From a virus (Duplodnaviria; Caudoviricetes), in the IMG/VR virus record IMGVR_UViG_3300012953_000050, positions 1 to 46,829 of that record: DNA of 46,829 nucleotides; one strand, written 5' to 3'. Position numbers and translations under genes: made by a program. Under the pieces are notes generated by a model. The model saw nothing but the letters and a program-made list of their open reading frames with translations. It did no database searches and had not been told where the DNA came from. Each line of letters opens with the position of its first letter. Positions within the stretch are counted from its first letter, which is position 1. Of the stretch, positions 17,785-27,582 are shown in pieces.

Positions 17785-18202
17785 GTCTTCTCCACGTATT
17801 ATCTGTCCATTGCCATCTACTATTGTAAGTATATTCTGATGAGTCAATAGGGTTAATAAAAATAATGAGATGATCCGGCCAATCCATCCACGTTTGATTT
17901 AACTTTATATTAGTAAATTTTTCAATCATAAATGGTATATTATCTATTGAGTTAGTTACTTTAACCTCAACACAATTTCCATCTGGATCGATTACGTCTT
18001 TGTATTCTCGTTCATCATCATCATATCCTAATATATCTATAAGATATAATTCTGCTGCGTGCCCTCTTCGAGTTTGCCTAAGTAAATCTTCCCAACTTCT
18101 ACCACTATCTTTAAATGATATATTTGTTCTAATTTTCTTAGCTTCCTCTAAGGCTCTATCATGAAGCCTTATGGGGTTTATTTCATCAAGTGTAAAATCC
18201 AT
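17777..18202 (-). CDS. Hypothetical protein, possible PD-(D/E)XK fold
   Basis: AAE...DVIDPDGNCVEVK. Confidence 0.5.
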   Translation of the reverse strand: MDFTLDEINPIRLHDRALEEAKKIRTNISFKDSGRSWEDLLRQTRRGHAAELYLIDILGYDDDEREYKDVIDPDGNCVEVKVTNSIDNIPFMIEKFTNIKLNQTWMDWPDHLIIFINPIDSSEYTYNSRWQWTDNTWRRHV

Positions 18203-18396
18203 TATCCAGTTAATAGTATTTGATCAACCCAGTTTTCTGCAAGATTATCTGCATATGATTCTGAATGGTTATACACTTGTCTAGTTTCTACTAGCTTATT
18301 ATCTTCGAAAAGATTAACATAAAAGCCTTCTTCATTTTTCATAACGATTGCTTGTCTATTACCTCTTTCGTAAGTAGAGTATTCTCCTAATGTCAT
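18202..18396 (-). CDS. Hypothetical protein
   Basis: 64-aa ORF with GGAGG SD. Confidence 0.7.
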   Translation of the reverse strand: MTLGEYSTYERGNRQAIVMKNEEGFYVNLFEDNKLVETRQVYNHSESYADNLAENWVDQILLTG

Positions 18397-18405
18397 AGTT
18401 TCCTC

Positions 18406-18933
18406 CTATTTGTAAAATCGATGATCTTCGATTGTTATTACTTCTGTTAAATGATCTGCCCAATATGGGGTTATATATGTCGCATGATACCAAAGGGAAC
18501 CTTCAGTAATATCATTCTGATTATTGTTTAAAGCAATATCAGCAATTCGAATAGATTCTATCCATGTTTTAGAATCTTTCGGTTCATCTGATTTGCCATC
18601 GCAATACCAACTGAATTGACACATTCCTCTATTAGGAATTCGTTCTCCTTTCCATGAAGTATAATATGATTTTGTTTGATATACTACTCCACAGATAGTT
18701 TCTGGAAACTGTAAGTCTTCAACTCTATTTAAAGTTACATGAGCTACAGCTATTTTACCAGCATAAGGTTGATTACCAGATTCAAAATAAATATTTTGAG
18801 CTAGGCAAAACCTATCATTATTTTCGTCATAGCCATAAGCATATTCAGACCAAAAAATGAATCCAATTAAAAATGCCCAAATAGTAAAATGCATTGGCAA
18901 ATACCATTTAGATGATGAGTTAGGTAATTTCAT
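18406..18933 (-). CDS. Cell wall hydrolase (SleB/Hydrolase_2) with N-terminal TM segment
   Basis: CLAQNIYFES, VTLNRV, CQFSW, HRFY; start moved downstream of the tRNA (AAGGAG SD). Confidence 0.9.
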   Translation of the reverse strand: MKLPNSSSKWYLPMHFTIWAFLIGFIFWSEYAYGYDENNDRFCLAQNIYFESGNQPYAGKIAVAHVTLNRVEDLQFPETICGVVYQTKSYYTSWKGERIPNRGMCQFSWYCDGKSDEPKDSKTWIESIRIADIALNNNQNDITEGSLWYHATYITPYWADHLTEVITIEDHRFYK

Positions 18934-18949
18934 AATATTCTCCTTTATA

Positions 18950-19025
18950 TGGTGGAGCTGGAGGGAATCGAACCCACGACCTTTCGGATGCAAACCGAAC
19001 GCTCTCCCAACTGAGCTACAGCCCC
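18950..19025 (-). tRNA. tRNA-Ala(UGC)
   Basis: 76-nt cloverleaf GGGGCTG...CAGCTCCACCA, G3:U70, anticodon TGC, GGTTCGATT T-arm, encoded CCA. Confidence 0.96.
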
Positions 19026-19027
19026 AT

Positions 19028-19945
19028 TTATATATTTTTCCTAAAAACAAATTCAATAGCTCTTTCAGCTTCTTTATCGATTGGTCTTTTTAGATACCAA
19101 TTACCACAATCAGCATCAAGATCTCGAATTATAAATTCAACTTCTTTTGCTGTTATAGGATAACCTTTGCTTACAGCATTACCAGCAACAGATACCATTA
19201 TCTGATAAAGCTTGTAATACCAACCATCGTTTAAAACTTTGTATTCTTCTATTTGTCGTTTGTTGACAAAAGGACAGTCTTTATATCCTGTCCATGAATA
19301 TGATTTGTTATTTAGAGAATTTTCTCTATGCTTTCGTAATCCTTCTTGAATAGCTTTTGGAAGTCTTTCATAAAAGCTTTCTTCAGGTAGAACATATTTG
19401 TGTTTTGACATCAATTCATTAGGGTCCATAATATCGCCATCATGCGTAAATATAAAGTTAAATGAATCTTTATACTTTGCTGGTATATAATACATACGAC
19501 TTAAATCTTTTGTTTGAGCATCTGCTATATCGCCGATTTCTTTATTTAAAGCAAACCAGAAATGTTTAATATTGTCCTTATTAACATTATTTGTTAAAGG
19601 AAATACCAACCTAAAACGAGGCTCGTGTAAACTAGAACTTGCAGTAGAGTAACAAATATATTTATATCTTTCATATTTAGATTCAATATCTTTTATATCA
19701 CCGCTAAAGTTATCAATATCGAGAATACCAAACCCGCCCCAAGCAACCACATTATCGTTAGCCCGAGTAGTATCAGGCAGATATATAGCAGGACTAATAA
19801 GAGGTGCTTCAGACTTTGTACGATATTTGGTGGATTCTGCGAGTCTATAGAGTACTGATTCGAACTCTTCAAACGATTCATAGTCCATCCTTTTAATCGT
19901 TGTATTGTCATATATACTGTCAAAAATTGTTAGGGAGATCGCCAT
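19028..19945 (-). CDS. Archaeo-eukaryotic primase (AEP/PrimPol)-like protein
   Basis: ILDID, YSTASS...PRFRLVFPL, DLSRMYYIP; start moved to MAISLTIF. Confidence 0.65.
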   Translation of the reverse strand: MAISLTIFDSIYDNTTIKRMDYESFEEFESVLYRLAESTKYRTKSEAPLISPAIYLPDTTRANDNVVAWGGFGILDIDNFSGDIKDIESKYERYKYICYSTASSSLHEPRFRLVFPLTNNVNKDNIKHFWFALNKEIGDIADAQTKDLSRMYYIPAKYKDSFNFIFTHDGDIMDPNELMSKHKYVLPEESFYERLPKAIQEGLRKHRENSLNNKSYSWTGYKDCPFVNKRQIEEYKVLNDGWYYKLYQIMVSVAGNAVSKGYPITAKEVEFIIRDLDADCGNWYLKRPIDKEAERAIEFVFRKNI

Positions 19946-20324
19946 AATTACCTTTATGAGATGGTGGTTCCCAATCTTCTCCTTTGACAAGATCTGGTAG
20001 TCCAAGTGGATTAGGCCTAGACTCTTTTACACCAACTGATTTATCCATGTTTGCTACTAAAACTTCATTCCAAGCTTTGTGAGCGTCGACGCCAAATGCA
20101 TCGAGAGTACCGATTGCTACTACACAAAGATCGATAAGACCATCAACGATTTCTTCAGCATCTTCAGCTAAAATCGCTCTTTTAGTTTCATCTAATTCTT
20201 CTTGTAGAAAATCAGCTCTAAAATTCAAAAACTGAATTAGTTTATCTTTGTTTGCCGCTACCCATTCACGCGTACCATATTTGGTTTGCATTTCTGTGAT
20301 ATCTTGTGGCCAGTTCATACTCAT
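19920..20324 (-). CDS. MazG/PRA-PH-like all-alpha NTP pyrophosphohydrolase
   Basis: LQEELDE...EIVDGLID, ANMDK. Confidence 0.8.
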   Translation of the reverse strand: MSMNWPQDITEMQTKYGTREWVAANKDKLIQFLNFRADFLQEELDETKRAILAEDAEEIVDGLIDLCVVAIGTLDAFGVDAHKAWNEVLVANMDKSVGVKESRPNPLGLPDLVKGEDWEPPSHKGNYGDLPNNF

Positions 20325-20620
20325 TACTTTATGATTCCTTTTGATTGGCTTAAGTCAATTGGACTTATTGCCTGTTTAAATTGATCGATCATATCTCCAA
20401 CTGGTTCAATTACAAATAGAATCCATCTATTATTAATAACCAGACCATCTGCAGCTTTTGTATAAGGCATCCACGGCATAAAGCCGATCTTGCCTTCACC
20501 AGCTGGGATCATGACGATACCGTCGTATAGCTTAACATGATCTTCATATGTTTCCACATTAGCTATAATTTCTTCACCAGACGATAGTCTGACGAGTTTG
20601 ATTTCTTTTTTAATTTTCAT
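20324..20620 (-). CDS. Conserved T4-like hypothetical protein (Sm-like)
   Basis: KLVRLSSGEEII...FMPW. Confidence 0.7.
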   Translation of the reverse strand: MKIKKEIKLVRLSSGEEIIANVETYEDHVKLYDGIVMIPAGEGKIGFMPWMPYTKAADGLVINNRWILFVIEPVGDMIDQFKQAISPIDLSQSKGIIK

Positions 20621-20627
20621 ATTGTAT

Positions 20628-20656
20628 ATTATACCATAGTTTGAGCCAAATGTAAA
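20628..20656 (-). promoter_or_regulatory. Early promoter, leaderless transcript
   Basis: TTTACA-N17-TATAAT, ATG 7 nt after the -10. Confidence 0.85.
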
Positions 20657-20661
20657 CGTTT

Positions 20662-23202
20662 TTATGCAAAAAATTCATCTAAAGTAGATCTTTCTTCTGA
20701 AGACCAGCCTATTGCATCCAAGATCGGCTCAATTGGATCGAGGAACGTCTTTTGAAATTGAGTATCAAAGTCAATATATTTATGTAAACCAAATTCATCA
20801 GGCAGATATGTCGGAAACGAGATAACATTCTCATGAATTGGATTTGGAGTACGGAGATAGATAAACTTGATCTTTTCTCCATTCTTGATTTTTTCATACT
20901 TCTTTTGTAGCGATAAGTTTGATAGCATATGATTGTATAGTAAACTACCGCGAACATGTATAGGAGTACCTTTTTTGTACAGGTTTTCTGAATCTTTGAA
21001 TTGCTTAACTTTAGTAACTCCACGTGGAAAAGCAATTTCATCTGGACCAAGCGTTTTGAAATAGCCTTTGAATTGATCGATAGCTTCCTGTGTATTTACT
21101 TCATTCGAAGAAATAATAACTTTGAATATCTGTTTGAGAGCATCACGACATGGAGCTGGCGTAGAAGATTTGATAGCTTCAATACCCATGATTTTAAGCT
21201 TTGGTTCTTTGTATCTTACACCTTCGTTATCATGCACATTGAGGATATATCTTTTCTTGGCTGTCCATATGCCACGATCAGCAATTGCTTCACGTTTCAT
21301 GACCATGCGATTATCGATACCACCAAGTTTAGTATATAACCTATCATAAGACTGAGCGAGTACTGGCTCAAGCATTTCTGATGCAGCTTTATCTAAGAAA
21401 CTAGTAGGATCAGATGGATTGACTTTATTAACAAGATCACCTAGGCCCACATACAGCGAATCGGTGTCGATTGCAAGTACATAGTCTTTGTATTTTTCTG
21501 GTTTAAGCACTCCGTTGAGATAATCATTGAGGGCGTATTCAGCCCATCGTATGGTAAGCTGTCCGGTAAGAGTAATCGCTTCTGCGATTCTTTGATCGAA
21601 GAATCGAAAATAACGATTGCCGAGAGCACCATAAAGAGAGTTAAGGAGAATTTTAATTGCCATTTGTCGATTTTCATTGATGGCAATATCCCTTTCGATT
21701 TTGTATAGTTCTTGTTTATCATTTTTATCTATAAGTTGTAATTGTTGTTGAGCTTGAATCATAGCATTCTTAATGCCAACACGTTCTGTATACATTTCAT
21801 CGATAATTTCAGGTAGAATACCTTTTTTATCAGTTCTGAAATACTGGCCGTTTGCGGCAAGAGCCATGTCTTTTGTACGCACCGGTTTATTATCCGCTAG
21901 TAGTCCTTCAACATCAACTTGTTCGGTTATACCGTTAGCAATAGTCTCAGGAGACATATTATACTGCATAATAATTGAAGGATATAGAGAATTCAAATCA
22001 AAGCTAGTAACCCATTCATGCATTCCAACATGGGGATCTTTTACATAGCCGCCTGGATACATTGTTTTGTGCTTATCTTCAGCAAAAGGGATAGCAATTT
22101 TTTTGTCATTCAGATTTCTGTATATGATACTATCCCAAATAGCTGTAGTACCAAATGTATCAGTGTAGTTAACTCCAGCTTGATAAGCCATAGTTACAGC
22201 AAGAGTAATTAGTCCAAGTTTATCTTCCAATCGATCGACAAGTTCAACGTCTTTGATATTGTAATCAATAAACTTTTGATAATTGTATTTGTATAAAGAG
22301 AATAGATCATTATACTCATCGTACGATAGTTTCTTTTCGCCAAGTACGACATGAGCAATATGATCGAGTTTGTATGTTTCTTGTGGACCGTATGAGTAGC
22401 CAAACTTTTGAAAGAGTTCTAGGTAATCAATAACAGATATACCTTGTATCTTATAACCAGCTTGTTCACGACCAAACTTAGAACTAGGTCTATCATCTTG
22501 GAAAGCATGAGATTTAAGAGAACTTCCCCATGGAGAAAGCTTGTATATTTGTTCTTCACCAATAATTCTTTTGATACGATTTACAATATAAGGTAAATCA
22601 AAGAATCGAACATTCCAACCAGTTAAGACGTCGGGAGTATTTGATGGTTGAGACCAATGAGCAAGAAAATCGTGTAGAAGTAAAGATTCGTTTTCGAACT
22701 TTTTGTATACGACTCTGTGTGTTTTCATAAGAGTCTTGTCTACATCGTAGTCTCCACAACCCCAAACATAATAAGTATTATCAATATTGTTTTTAAGACA
22801 AATTGCAGTGATAGGATACGAAGCCATATCCGGCTCAGGAAACCCGTCATCGGATTGTACCTCGATATCAATTGTTGTTACGTTGATCTGATTACGATCA
22901 AATTCGATTTTGCCAGGGAATTCGTCATTGATAAAGGCTGACACATATCGTATCTGCCCATGGATATCAATTCCAGCAATATGTTTCTTTTCATTAATCC
23001 ATTCTTTAGCATCACGCATAGATTCGAATTCTAGTTCGCCAACTGGCTGGCCATTAAGAGCTTGCCAATCTGTAGGTCGATTCGTAGTAACGTAAAGTCT
23101 AGGTTTGTATTTTATTCGCTTAGCAACTCGTTTACCGTTTTCGATGCCACGATAAAGCAGAGTATTTCCATAGCGAGTCACATTAGTGTAAAAATTTGTC
23201 AT
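20662..23202 (-). CDS. gp43: Family B DNA polymerase
   Basis: DIEV exo [28 protein letters not shown]; start moved to MTNFYTNV. Confidence 0.98.
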   Translation of the reverse strand: MTNFYTNVTRYGNTLLYRGIENGKRVAKRIKYKPRLYVTTNRPTDWQALNGQPVGELEFESMRDAKEWINEKKHIAGIDIHGQIRYVSAFINDEFPGKIEFDRNQINVTTIDIEVQSDDGFPEPDMASYPITAICLKNNIDNTYYVWGCGDYDVDKTLMKTHRVVYKKFENESLLLHDFLAHWSQPSNTPDVLTGWNVRFFDLPYIVNRIKRIIGEEQIYKLSPWGSSLKSHAFQDDRPSSKFGREQAGYKIQGISVIDYLELFQKFGYSYGPQETYKLDHIAHVVLGEKKLSYDEYNDLFSLYKYNYQKFIDYNIKDVELVDRLEDKLGLITLAVTMAYQAGVNYTDTFGTTAIWDSIIYRNLNDKKIAIPFAEDKHKTMYPGGYVKDPHVGMHEWVTSFDLNSLYPSIIMQYNMSPETIANGITEQVDVEGLLADNKPVRTKDMALAANGQYFRTDKKGILPEIIDEMYTERVGIKNAMIQAQQQLQLIDKNDKQELYKIERDIAINENRQMAIKILLNSLYGALGNRYFRFFDQRIAEAITLTGQLTIRWAEYALNDYLNGVLKPEKYKDYVLAIDTDSLYVGLGDLVNKVNPSDPTSFLDKAASEMLEPVLAQSYDRLYTKLGGIDNRMVMKREAIADRGIWTAKKRYILNVHDNEGVRYKEPKLKIMGIEAIKSSTPAPCRDALKQIFKVIISSNEVNTQEAIDQFKGYFKTLGPDEIAFPRGVTKVKQFKDSENLYKKGTPIHVRGSLLYNHMLSNLSLQKKYEKIKNGEKIKFIYLRTPNPIHENVISFPTYLPDEFGLHKYIDFDTQFQKTFLDPIEPILDAIGWSSEERSTLDEFFA

Positions 23203-23209
23203 TATGTAT

Positions 23210-23238
23210 ATTATACCACATTTCAAGTCAAATGTAAA
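23210..23238 (-). promoter_or_regulatory. Early promoter of gp43, leaderless
   Basis: TTTACA-N17-TATAAT, ATG 7 nt after the -10. Confidence 0.85.
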
Positions 23239-23263
23239 CGATTATTTTCATTATTTTAAGGTT

Positions 23264-23285
23264 GGAGGGGATTTGACTCCCCTCC
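23264..23285 (-). terminator. Hairpin GGAGGGGA/TCCCCTCC, probable terminator
   Basis: Perfect GC-rich stem between a small ORF and the gp43 promoter. Confidence 0.55.
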
Positions 23286-23305
23286 GAGTTTTTATCGTTT
23301 GGACC

Positions 23306-23443
23306 CTAACTGATGCTTGCTAGCCAGATTAGAGCTGGAGCTGTACCTATACATACTCCTACTACTAATACAGCTTGTAAAGCTTCATATAAGGTCTTAG
23401 CGATATCATCATGCTTAGCTATTATAGCTTTTATATGTGTCAT
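23306..23443 (-). CDS. Small membrane protein, 45 aa (MTHIKAIIAK...)
   Basis: GGAG SD 7 nt upstream; C-terminal hydrophobic helix. Confidence 0.65.
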   Translation of the reverse strand: MTHIKAIIAKHDDIAKTLYEALQAVLVVGVCIGTAPALIWLASIS

Positions 23444-23502
23444 GATTTATCTCCAGTAAATTTGTGTTTCAACATATCTACTGAGTTTTCGCTAATTGAG
23501 AA

Positions 23503-23958
23503 TTACCCTTTCAGGAATTCTTTCTTCTTTGATGTCCCAGTAGACCCTATTTCGATCTTCCTTGGACGCCTTTCCTCAGGAACTTCAACTCTGGCATGAA
23601 CCACGAGTATACCATTTCTAAGGTCTGCACCATCTATAACTACAAATTCAGAGAGTCGGAAGGACTTCTCGAATTTGCGGGATGAAATGCCTTTGTATGC
23701 GTATTCACGCTCATCCTTATCAGATTTTCCGGCCTTTACTAAAAGAATGCCGTCTTTAACCTCTACAGAAATATTCTCTTCTGAGAATCCTGCAACCGCG
23801 AGCTCAATAATGAAGTTTTCATCATCGACCTTAACAACGTTATGAGGTGGATAGTTATCTTGAGATCTTCCAGCTGAGTGGATTCTTTCAAGTTCATTTA
23901 GTATCGGTTCAAACCCGATAAACAGTGAACGAGGTACGTTCATAGTATTTCTTACCAT
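23503..23958 (-). CDS. Small heat-shock protein (Hsp20/IbpA-like)
   Basis: NYPPHNVV, IELAVAGF, GISSRKF, ADLRNGIL. Confidence 0.95.
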   Translation of the reverse strand: MVRNTMNVPRSLFIGFEPILNELERIHSAGRSQDNYPPHNVVKVDDENFIIELAVAGFSEENISVEVKDGILLVKAGKSDKDEREYAYKGISSRKFEKSFRLSEFVVIDGADLRNGILVVHARVEVPEERRPRKIEIGSTGTSKKKEFLKG

Positions 23959-23966
23959 TTTATTTT

Positions 23967-24015
23967 CCTCCTATTAAATAGCAAGGTTGTTGGAAACTCG
24001 GCCTCTCCGACGTTT
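23967..24015 (-). promoter_or_regulatory. ROSE-like RNA thermometer
   Basis: CCTTGCTAT-TTA-ATAGGAGG hairpin (UUGCU opposite SD, bulged G) plus an upstream hairpin, in the sHsp leader. Confidence 0.7.
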
Positions 24016-24023
24016 CTCAATTA

Positions 24024-24031
24024 TATTTATA
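24024..24031 (-). promoter_or_regulatory. T4 late promoter TATAAATA
   Basis: Exact consensus upstream of sHsp. Confidence 0.75.
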
Positions 24032-24036
24032 ATAGT

Positions 24037-24468
24037 TCAATCTTCAGATTGATTATTACCAATATTATATTTTGGACATAGTTCCCACATTTGCTTATCT
24101 TTATAAGGTATAACCTTAATCTGACGCAGTGGAGCAATGTCCTTTGCTACTTCTGGTTTTAGAATAGAGACTAATCCCCAGTCTGCTAGAAGCGTTGCAA
24201 TTGTATTTCTTCTTTGTACATCATTCTCTATAAGATTAGAAGGTTTCCCATCTAATAGAAAGAGTTCTTTAAAATGTACTATGAAGTATCTGCCTTGTTT
24301 ATGCAGAATATGACACGATTGGAATAGTTTATTATCTTTTCTAGATGCTACTCCGATACGAGTAAGTGTTTCTCTTACCTTTAAAAAATCGTCTGGTTCG
24401 TTTAACGTAATCTCGAGCATCGATGCCGGAGACCAGTCTGTTATTTGATTATTATTTTGATCTTCCAC
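24037..24468 (-). CDS. regA: Translational repressor RegA
   Basis: DDFLKVRETLTRIG, QSCHILHKQGRYFIVHFKELF. Confidence 0.97.
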   Translation of the reverse strand: MEDQNNNQITDWSPASMLEITLNEPDDFLKVRETLTRIGVASRKDNKLFQSCHILHKQGRYFIVHFKELFLLDGKPSNLIENDVQRRNTIATLLADWGLVSILKPEVAKDIAPLRQIKVIPYKDKQMWELCPKYNIGNNQSED

Positions 24469-24832
24469 CTTTGTAAATCCTTTGTCTTAATGCATCGATC
24501 TCATTCTTTCCGAACAATGCTAATACAGATTTAGCTTTCTCATTGCTATATCCATAATATTCTTTGATTATTTCAATATTATCGATCTCAGTTGGCTTAA
24601 GCCATTTAGAGAATCGATTTTTCTTCTTAATTATATTTATAAAAAAATCAAACTGAAGGCGACTATCTATGTTATGATGTATATTCATTTCATTTGCATA
24701 GAGTATAGTATCTTGAAAGTAAGATAAAGATCGATTAACTAAGAACGCAGGGTATTCTTTTTCGGCAAGATCATCAACCATAATGTCTTTCTTTGAGGTA
24801 TTAATTGCTTTTACGTATTCAAACGGATTCAT
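24452..24832 (-). CDS. gp62: Clamp loader small subunit
   Basis: NRSLSYFQDT, RFSKWLK, YYGYSNEKA; synteny. Confidence 0.92.
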   Translation of the reverse strand: MNPFEYVKAINTSKKDIMVDDLAEKEYPAFLVNRSLSYFQDTILYANEMNIHHNIDSRLQFDFFINIIKKKNRFSKWLKPTEIDNIEIIKEYYGYSNEKAKSVLALFGKNEIDALRQRIYKGGRSK

Positions 24833-25022
24833 CTTCTCCATACCTCCCACGAGTTTCATTACCATCGTAATTTAATTCAGTCATGCTTTTTTGTTTTATT
24901 TTAAAATCTGTAATTTCATCATTAAGCTCGCCAATTCTTTTATGTGCTTCAGCAAGTTGAGCTTGTAGTTCTCGTACGTTATGCTTATAGATTTCTAATT
25001 CTTTTGTTACTAATTCTTTCAT
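24819..25022 (-). CDS. Small coiled-coil hypothetical protein
   Basis: ORF overlapping both gp44 and gp62. Confidence 0.6.
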   Translation of the reverse strand: MKELVTKELEIYKHNVRELQAQLAEAHKRIGELNDEITDFKIKQKSMTELNYDGNETRGRYGEDESV

Positions 25023-25954
25023 TTGAATTTAACTCCTGCCATGATTTCAGTTAAGCATGCTACTAGATTAAGTTCATGATCAGCAACAAAACTATTCTTA
25101 TATTGATAATCAGCTAAGATAAGAACTGTTTGAGGAATCGATGCTGGATCGATATAATCATTCATATTATCATATATCTTTCTGAATAAAGCAGCTGGTT
25201 CGCTGTCCATATTATCTGCAACCCATTGTCTCATACCTCTAAAGTTTTTAACTTTTAGATGATTAATAAGTTTATCAATTGCAACATCATTTAGATTAAC
25301 GAGTATACCAGAATCGATCTTACCAGATACTGAATAACGTTGTAATTCATTTAAAACTCTACGCCAATCAGGCATATGTTTCATTAAGAGTTCTGCAATA
25401 ACTTCTTTTTCAAATTCAATCTTTTCTTGCTTTAATATATTCTCGACTCGACTCATAAATTGAGTAAGTAGAGGTGGCATATCTTTCTTAGCAATATTAA
25501 ATTCAACGATTGAACATCTTGAATGAAGTGGTTCTATAATTCTATTCTTAAAATTACATGTAAGAATAAACCGACAGTTTGCACTGAACTCTTCGATAAA
25601 TGCTCTAAGCGCAGGTTGGGTGGACTGTGGATTTAAGTAATCAGCTTCATCAAGGATTACAACCTTGTATCCACCCGAAAGAGATACGCTTGACGCGAAA
25701 TGCTTTATCTTAGTTCTTAATGTATCGATACCAGACTCTTCAGATCCATTGATTAATAGATAATCTAAGTCTAACTCATTACACAAAGCTCTTGCTACTG
25801 TGGTTTTACCAGTACCAGGAGTACCAGTCAATAGCATATTATGTAGCTCTCCTCCGGCTACTACATCTTTAAATGTGTTCTTAATATTGTCGGGCAATAC
25901 TGTATCTGCAATCTTAGCAGGTCTGTATTTTTCTACCCATAAAAATTCATTCAC
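25019..25954 (-). CDS. gp44: Clamp loader large subunit
   Basis: LWVEKYRP, GTGKTT, DEAD, SRC. Confidence 0.97.
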   Translation of the reverse strand: MNEFLWVEKYRPAKIADTVLPDNIKNTFKDVVAGGELHNMLLTGTPGTGKTTVARALCNELDLDYLLINGSEESGIDTLRTKIKHFASSVSLSGGYKVVILDEADYLNPQSTQPALRAFIEEFSANCRFILTCNFKNRIIEPLHSRCSIVEFNIAKKDMPPLLTQFMSRVENILKQEKIEFEKEVIAELLMKHMPDWRRVLNELQRYSVSGKIDSGILVNLNDVAIDKLINHLKVKNFRGMRQWVADNMDSEPAALFRKIYDNMNDYIDPASIPQTVLILADYQYKNSFVADHELNLVACLTEIMAGVKFK

Positions 25955-26210
25955 CTAATACCTCCCAACCTTCGACAGTATCTAATCGAAATGATCTCCA
26001 AGCATCTTTATCTAGCGACCAAACTGGAAAAGCTTCCATTTGCTTACCGCTATAATCAATGCTCATTGTAACACCATTTGCTTCAAGTACTGTGGGATTG
26101 AGAGTACAGGGCATAACTCTAAGTTCCCCTGTGTCTATTTTTCTAAATGATACAGTTACTGTACCTTTTTTGAGTGCGGCAATTAGATCTGCCTTTTCAC
26201 TAGTTTCCAT
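25947..26210 (-). CDS. WYL_2/SH3-like beta-barrel protein
   Basis: FRKIDTGELRVMPCTL...DKDAWRSFR. Confidence 0.75.
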   Translation of the reverse strand: METSEKADLIAALKKGTVTVSFRKIDTGELRVMPCTLNPTVLEANGVTMSIDYSGKQMEAFPVWSLDKDAWRSFRLDTVEGWEVLGE

Positions 26211-26261
26211 AATAATTCCTTATAATATAAATTTGGAGGGGCATTGCGCCCCTCACTAAAA

Positions 26262-26519
26262 TTAAGATTCGTCTGAATCTTCTTCAACAGGTTCTGCATC
26301 CGCTACCGGAACTTCACCTTCGGGCGCATCACCTTCTTTAGGCTGGTTAGCCTCTACGAATGCGACGACTCTGGATCTTAATCCACCGACGACTTCAAGC
26401 TCTGGGCCTTCGAAAGCTCCTCTTTTAGAACATAGATCAACGATTTGAACCATCGTTGCCATGTCTCCTAGAGTAATTCCTGGGGCTTCAGCTGCTGCTG
26501 TTTCATTTTGATCTGCCAT
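26262..26519 (-). CDS. Acidic conserved hypothetical protein
   Basis: IVDLCSKRGAF; AGGAG SD; late promoter at 26590-26597; hairpin at 26237-26254 downstream. Confidence 0.75.
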   Translation of the reverse strand: MADQNETAAAEAPGITLGDMATMVQIVDLCSKRGAFEGPELEVVGGLRSRVVAFVEANQPKEGDAPEGEVPVADAEPVEEDSDES

Positions 26520-26592
26520 AATATTCTCCTATAGGTTAGACAAATTTAAGCGTCCCATAATTGGCGACACTTTTCTTTTCATGTAATTATAT

Positions 26593-27276
26593 TTATACAT
26601 GAAAGTTTGACGATTTCTCTAAAGCGATAAAATAAGTTATAGGATAATTCGAATTTGACCATTGTGAGATCAACTTCGAAGATATCGTAACATAATAATC
26701 CCCTTCGAGAAGCTTCAAATTTGGTATGTTAATTATAAAATTGAATTCGTTTTTACAAGCATTATCTGCATCTAAATCCATATCAAATACATTTGCGCTT
26801 GAGTCTTTAGTATCAAGTACTGATAATTTAACTATACCGTCATTACCACTAATAGAAAGTTCTGAATGTCCTAAGACTGCAGCTGCTTTTCTAATTTGTG
26901 ATAGTTTGTCCGCAGTAAGCTCAATACCAAATTCAGCATCTGGCATTGTAATATCTTTTTGCGGTGTTGTAAGAATCTCTTTATCTGAAAAGAAATACTT
27001 TACTGATGTTTTACCTGGGCCCGTAGTAGCATTTTCGATATTAACCAAATTGGTTTCGAATGCTAAACTTGGACTATCAATTAAATTAAGTACAGATAAA
27101 AATTCGTTTAAATCATAGATTCCAAACTCTGGAAAATCTTCAACTGTCTCTGCGATAGCCATAATGTTTTTGGCTTCAGAGATAGTTTTAAGCTTTTGTC
27201 CAGGTTCAAATACTATATTAGGATTAATCGAAGAAAAGTTCTTCAATACCTCCAGCGTTTCGTTGCTAATATTCAC
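26593..27276 (-). CDS. gp45: Sliding clamp
   Basis: LKNFSSINPN, FGIYDLNEFL, YFIALE; GTG start with GGAGG. Confidence 0.95.
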   Translation of the reverse strand: MNISNETLEVLKNFSSINPNIVFEPGQKLKTISEAKNIMAIAETVEDFPEFGIYDLNEFLSVLNLIDSPSLAFETNLVNIENATTGPGKTSVKYFFSDKEILTTPQKDITMPDAEFGIELTADKLSQIRKAAAVLGHSELSISGNDGIVKLSVLDTKDSSANVFDMDLDADNACKNEFNFIINIPNLKLLEGDYYVTISSKLISQWSNSNYPITYFIALEKSSNFHV

Positions 27277-27582
27277 TTAAGCCTCCTCATGGTGTGATGT
27301 ATTTTTAGTCGTATGCTCATCATGAACATATAACGCAATTATTGCATAATGTAGTACCTTCATTAAGTCGGCACGATTATATCCTTCTTTCTTCCCGTAT
27401 CTTTGGGCATATTTTAGGATATTTCCAATGCAAAATCCTTCACCATGACCTCCGTCAATAATGAATTCAGTTGCTTGAAACTTGTTTTTCGAGTAATGTT
27501 GACTATAAGTCTTCTCGATATACGAAGCCAGCTCTTTGCAGAGCTGATCTTCATTAAAAATAAAATTTGTTTTAGTAGTCAA
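27277..27582 (-). CDS. DUF3310-like protein
   Basis: HYSK...FCIGNILKYAQRYGKK...DLMKVLHYA; probable TTG start after GGAGG. Confidence 0.75.
   Translation of the reverse strand: MTTKTNFIFNEDQLCKELASYIEKTYSQHYSKNKFQATEFIIDGGHGEGFCIGNILKYAQRYGKKEGYNRADLMKVLHYAIIALYVHDEHTTKNTSHHEEA

Noticed and set aside
18934-19056. N-terminal extension of the cell wall hydrolase ORF
   Set aside because: It is read-through of tRNA-Ala; the real start is 18933 with an AAGGAG SD
20662-23202. Intron or intein in DNA polymerase or other core genes
   Set aside because: Core genes are continuous and of normal length; no homing endonuclease or splicing motifs seen
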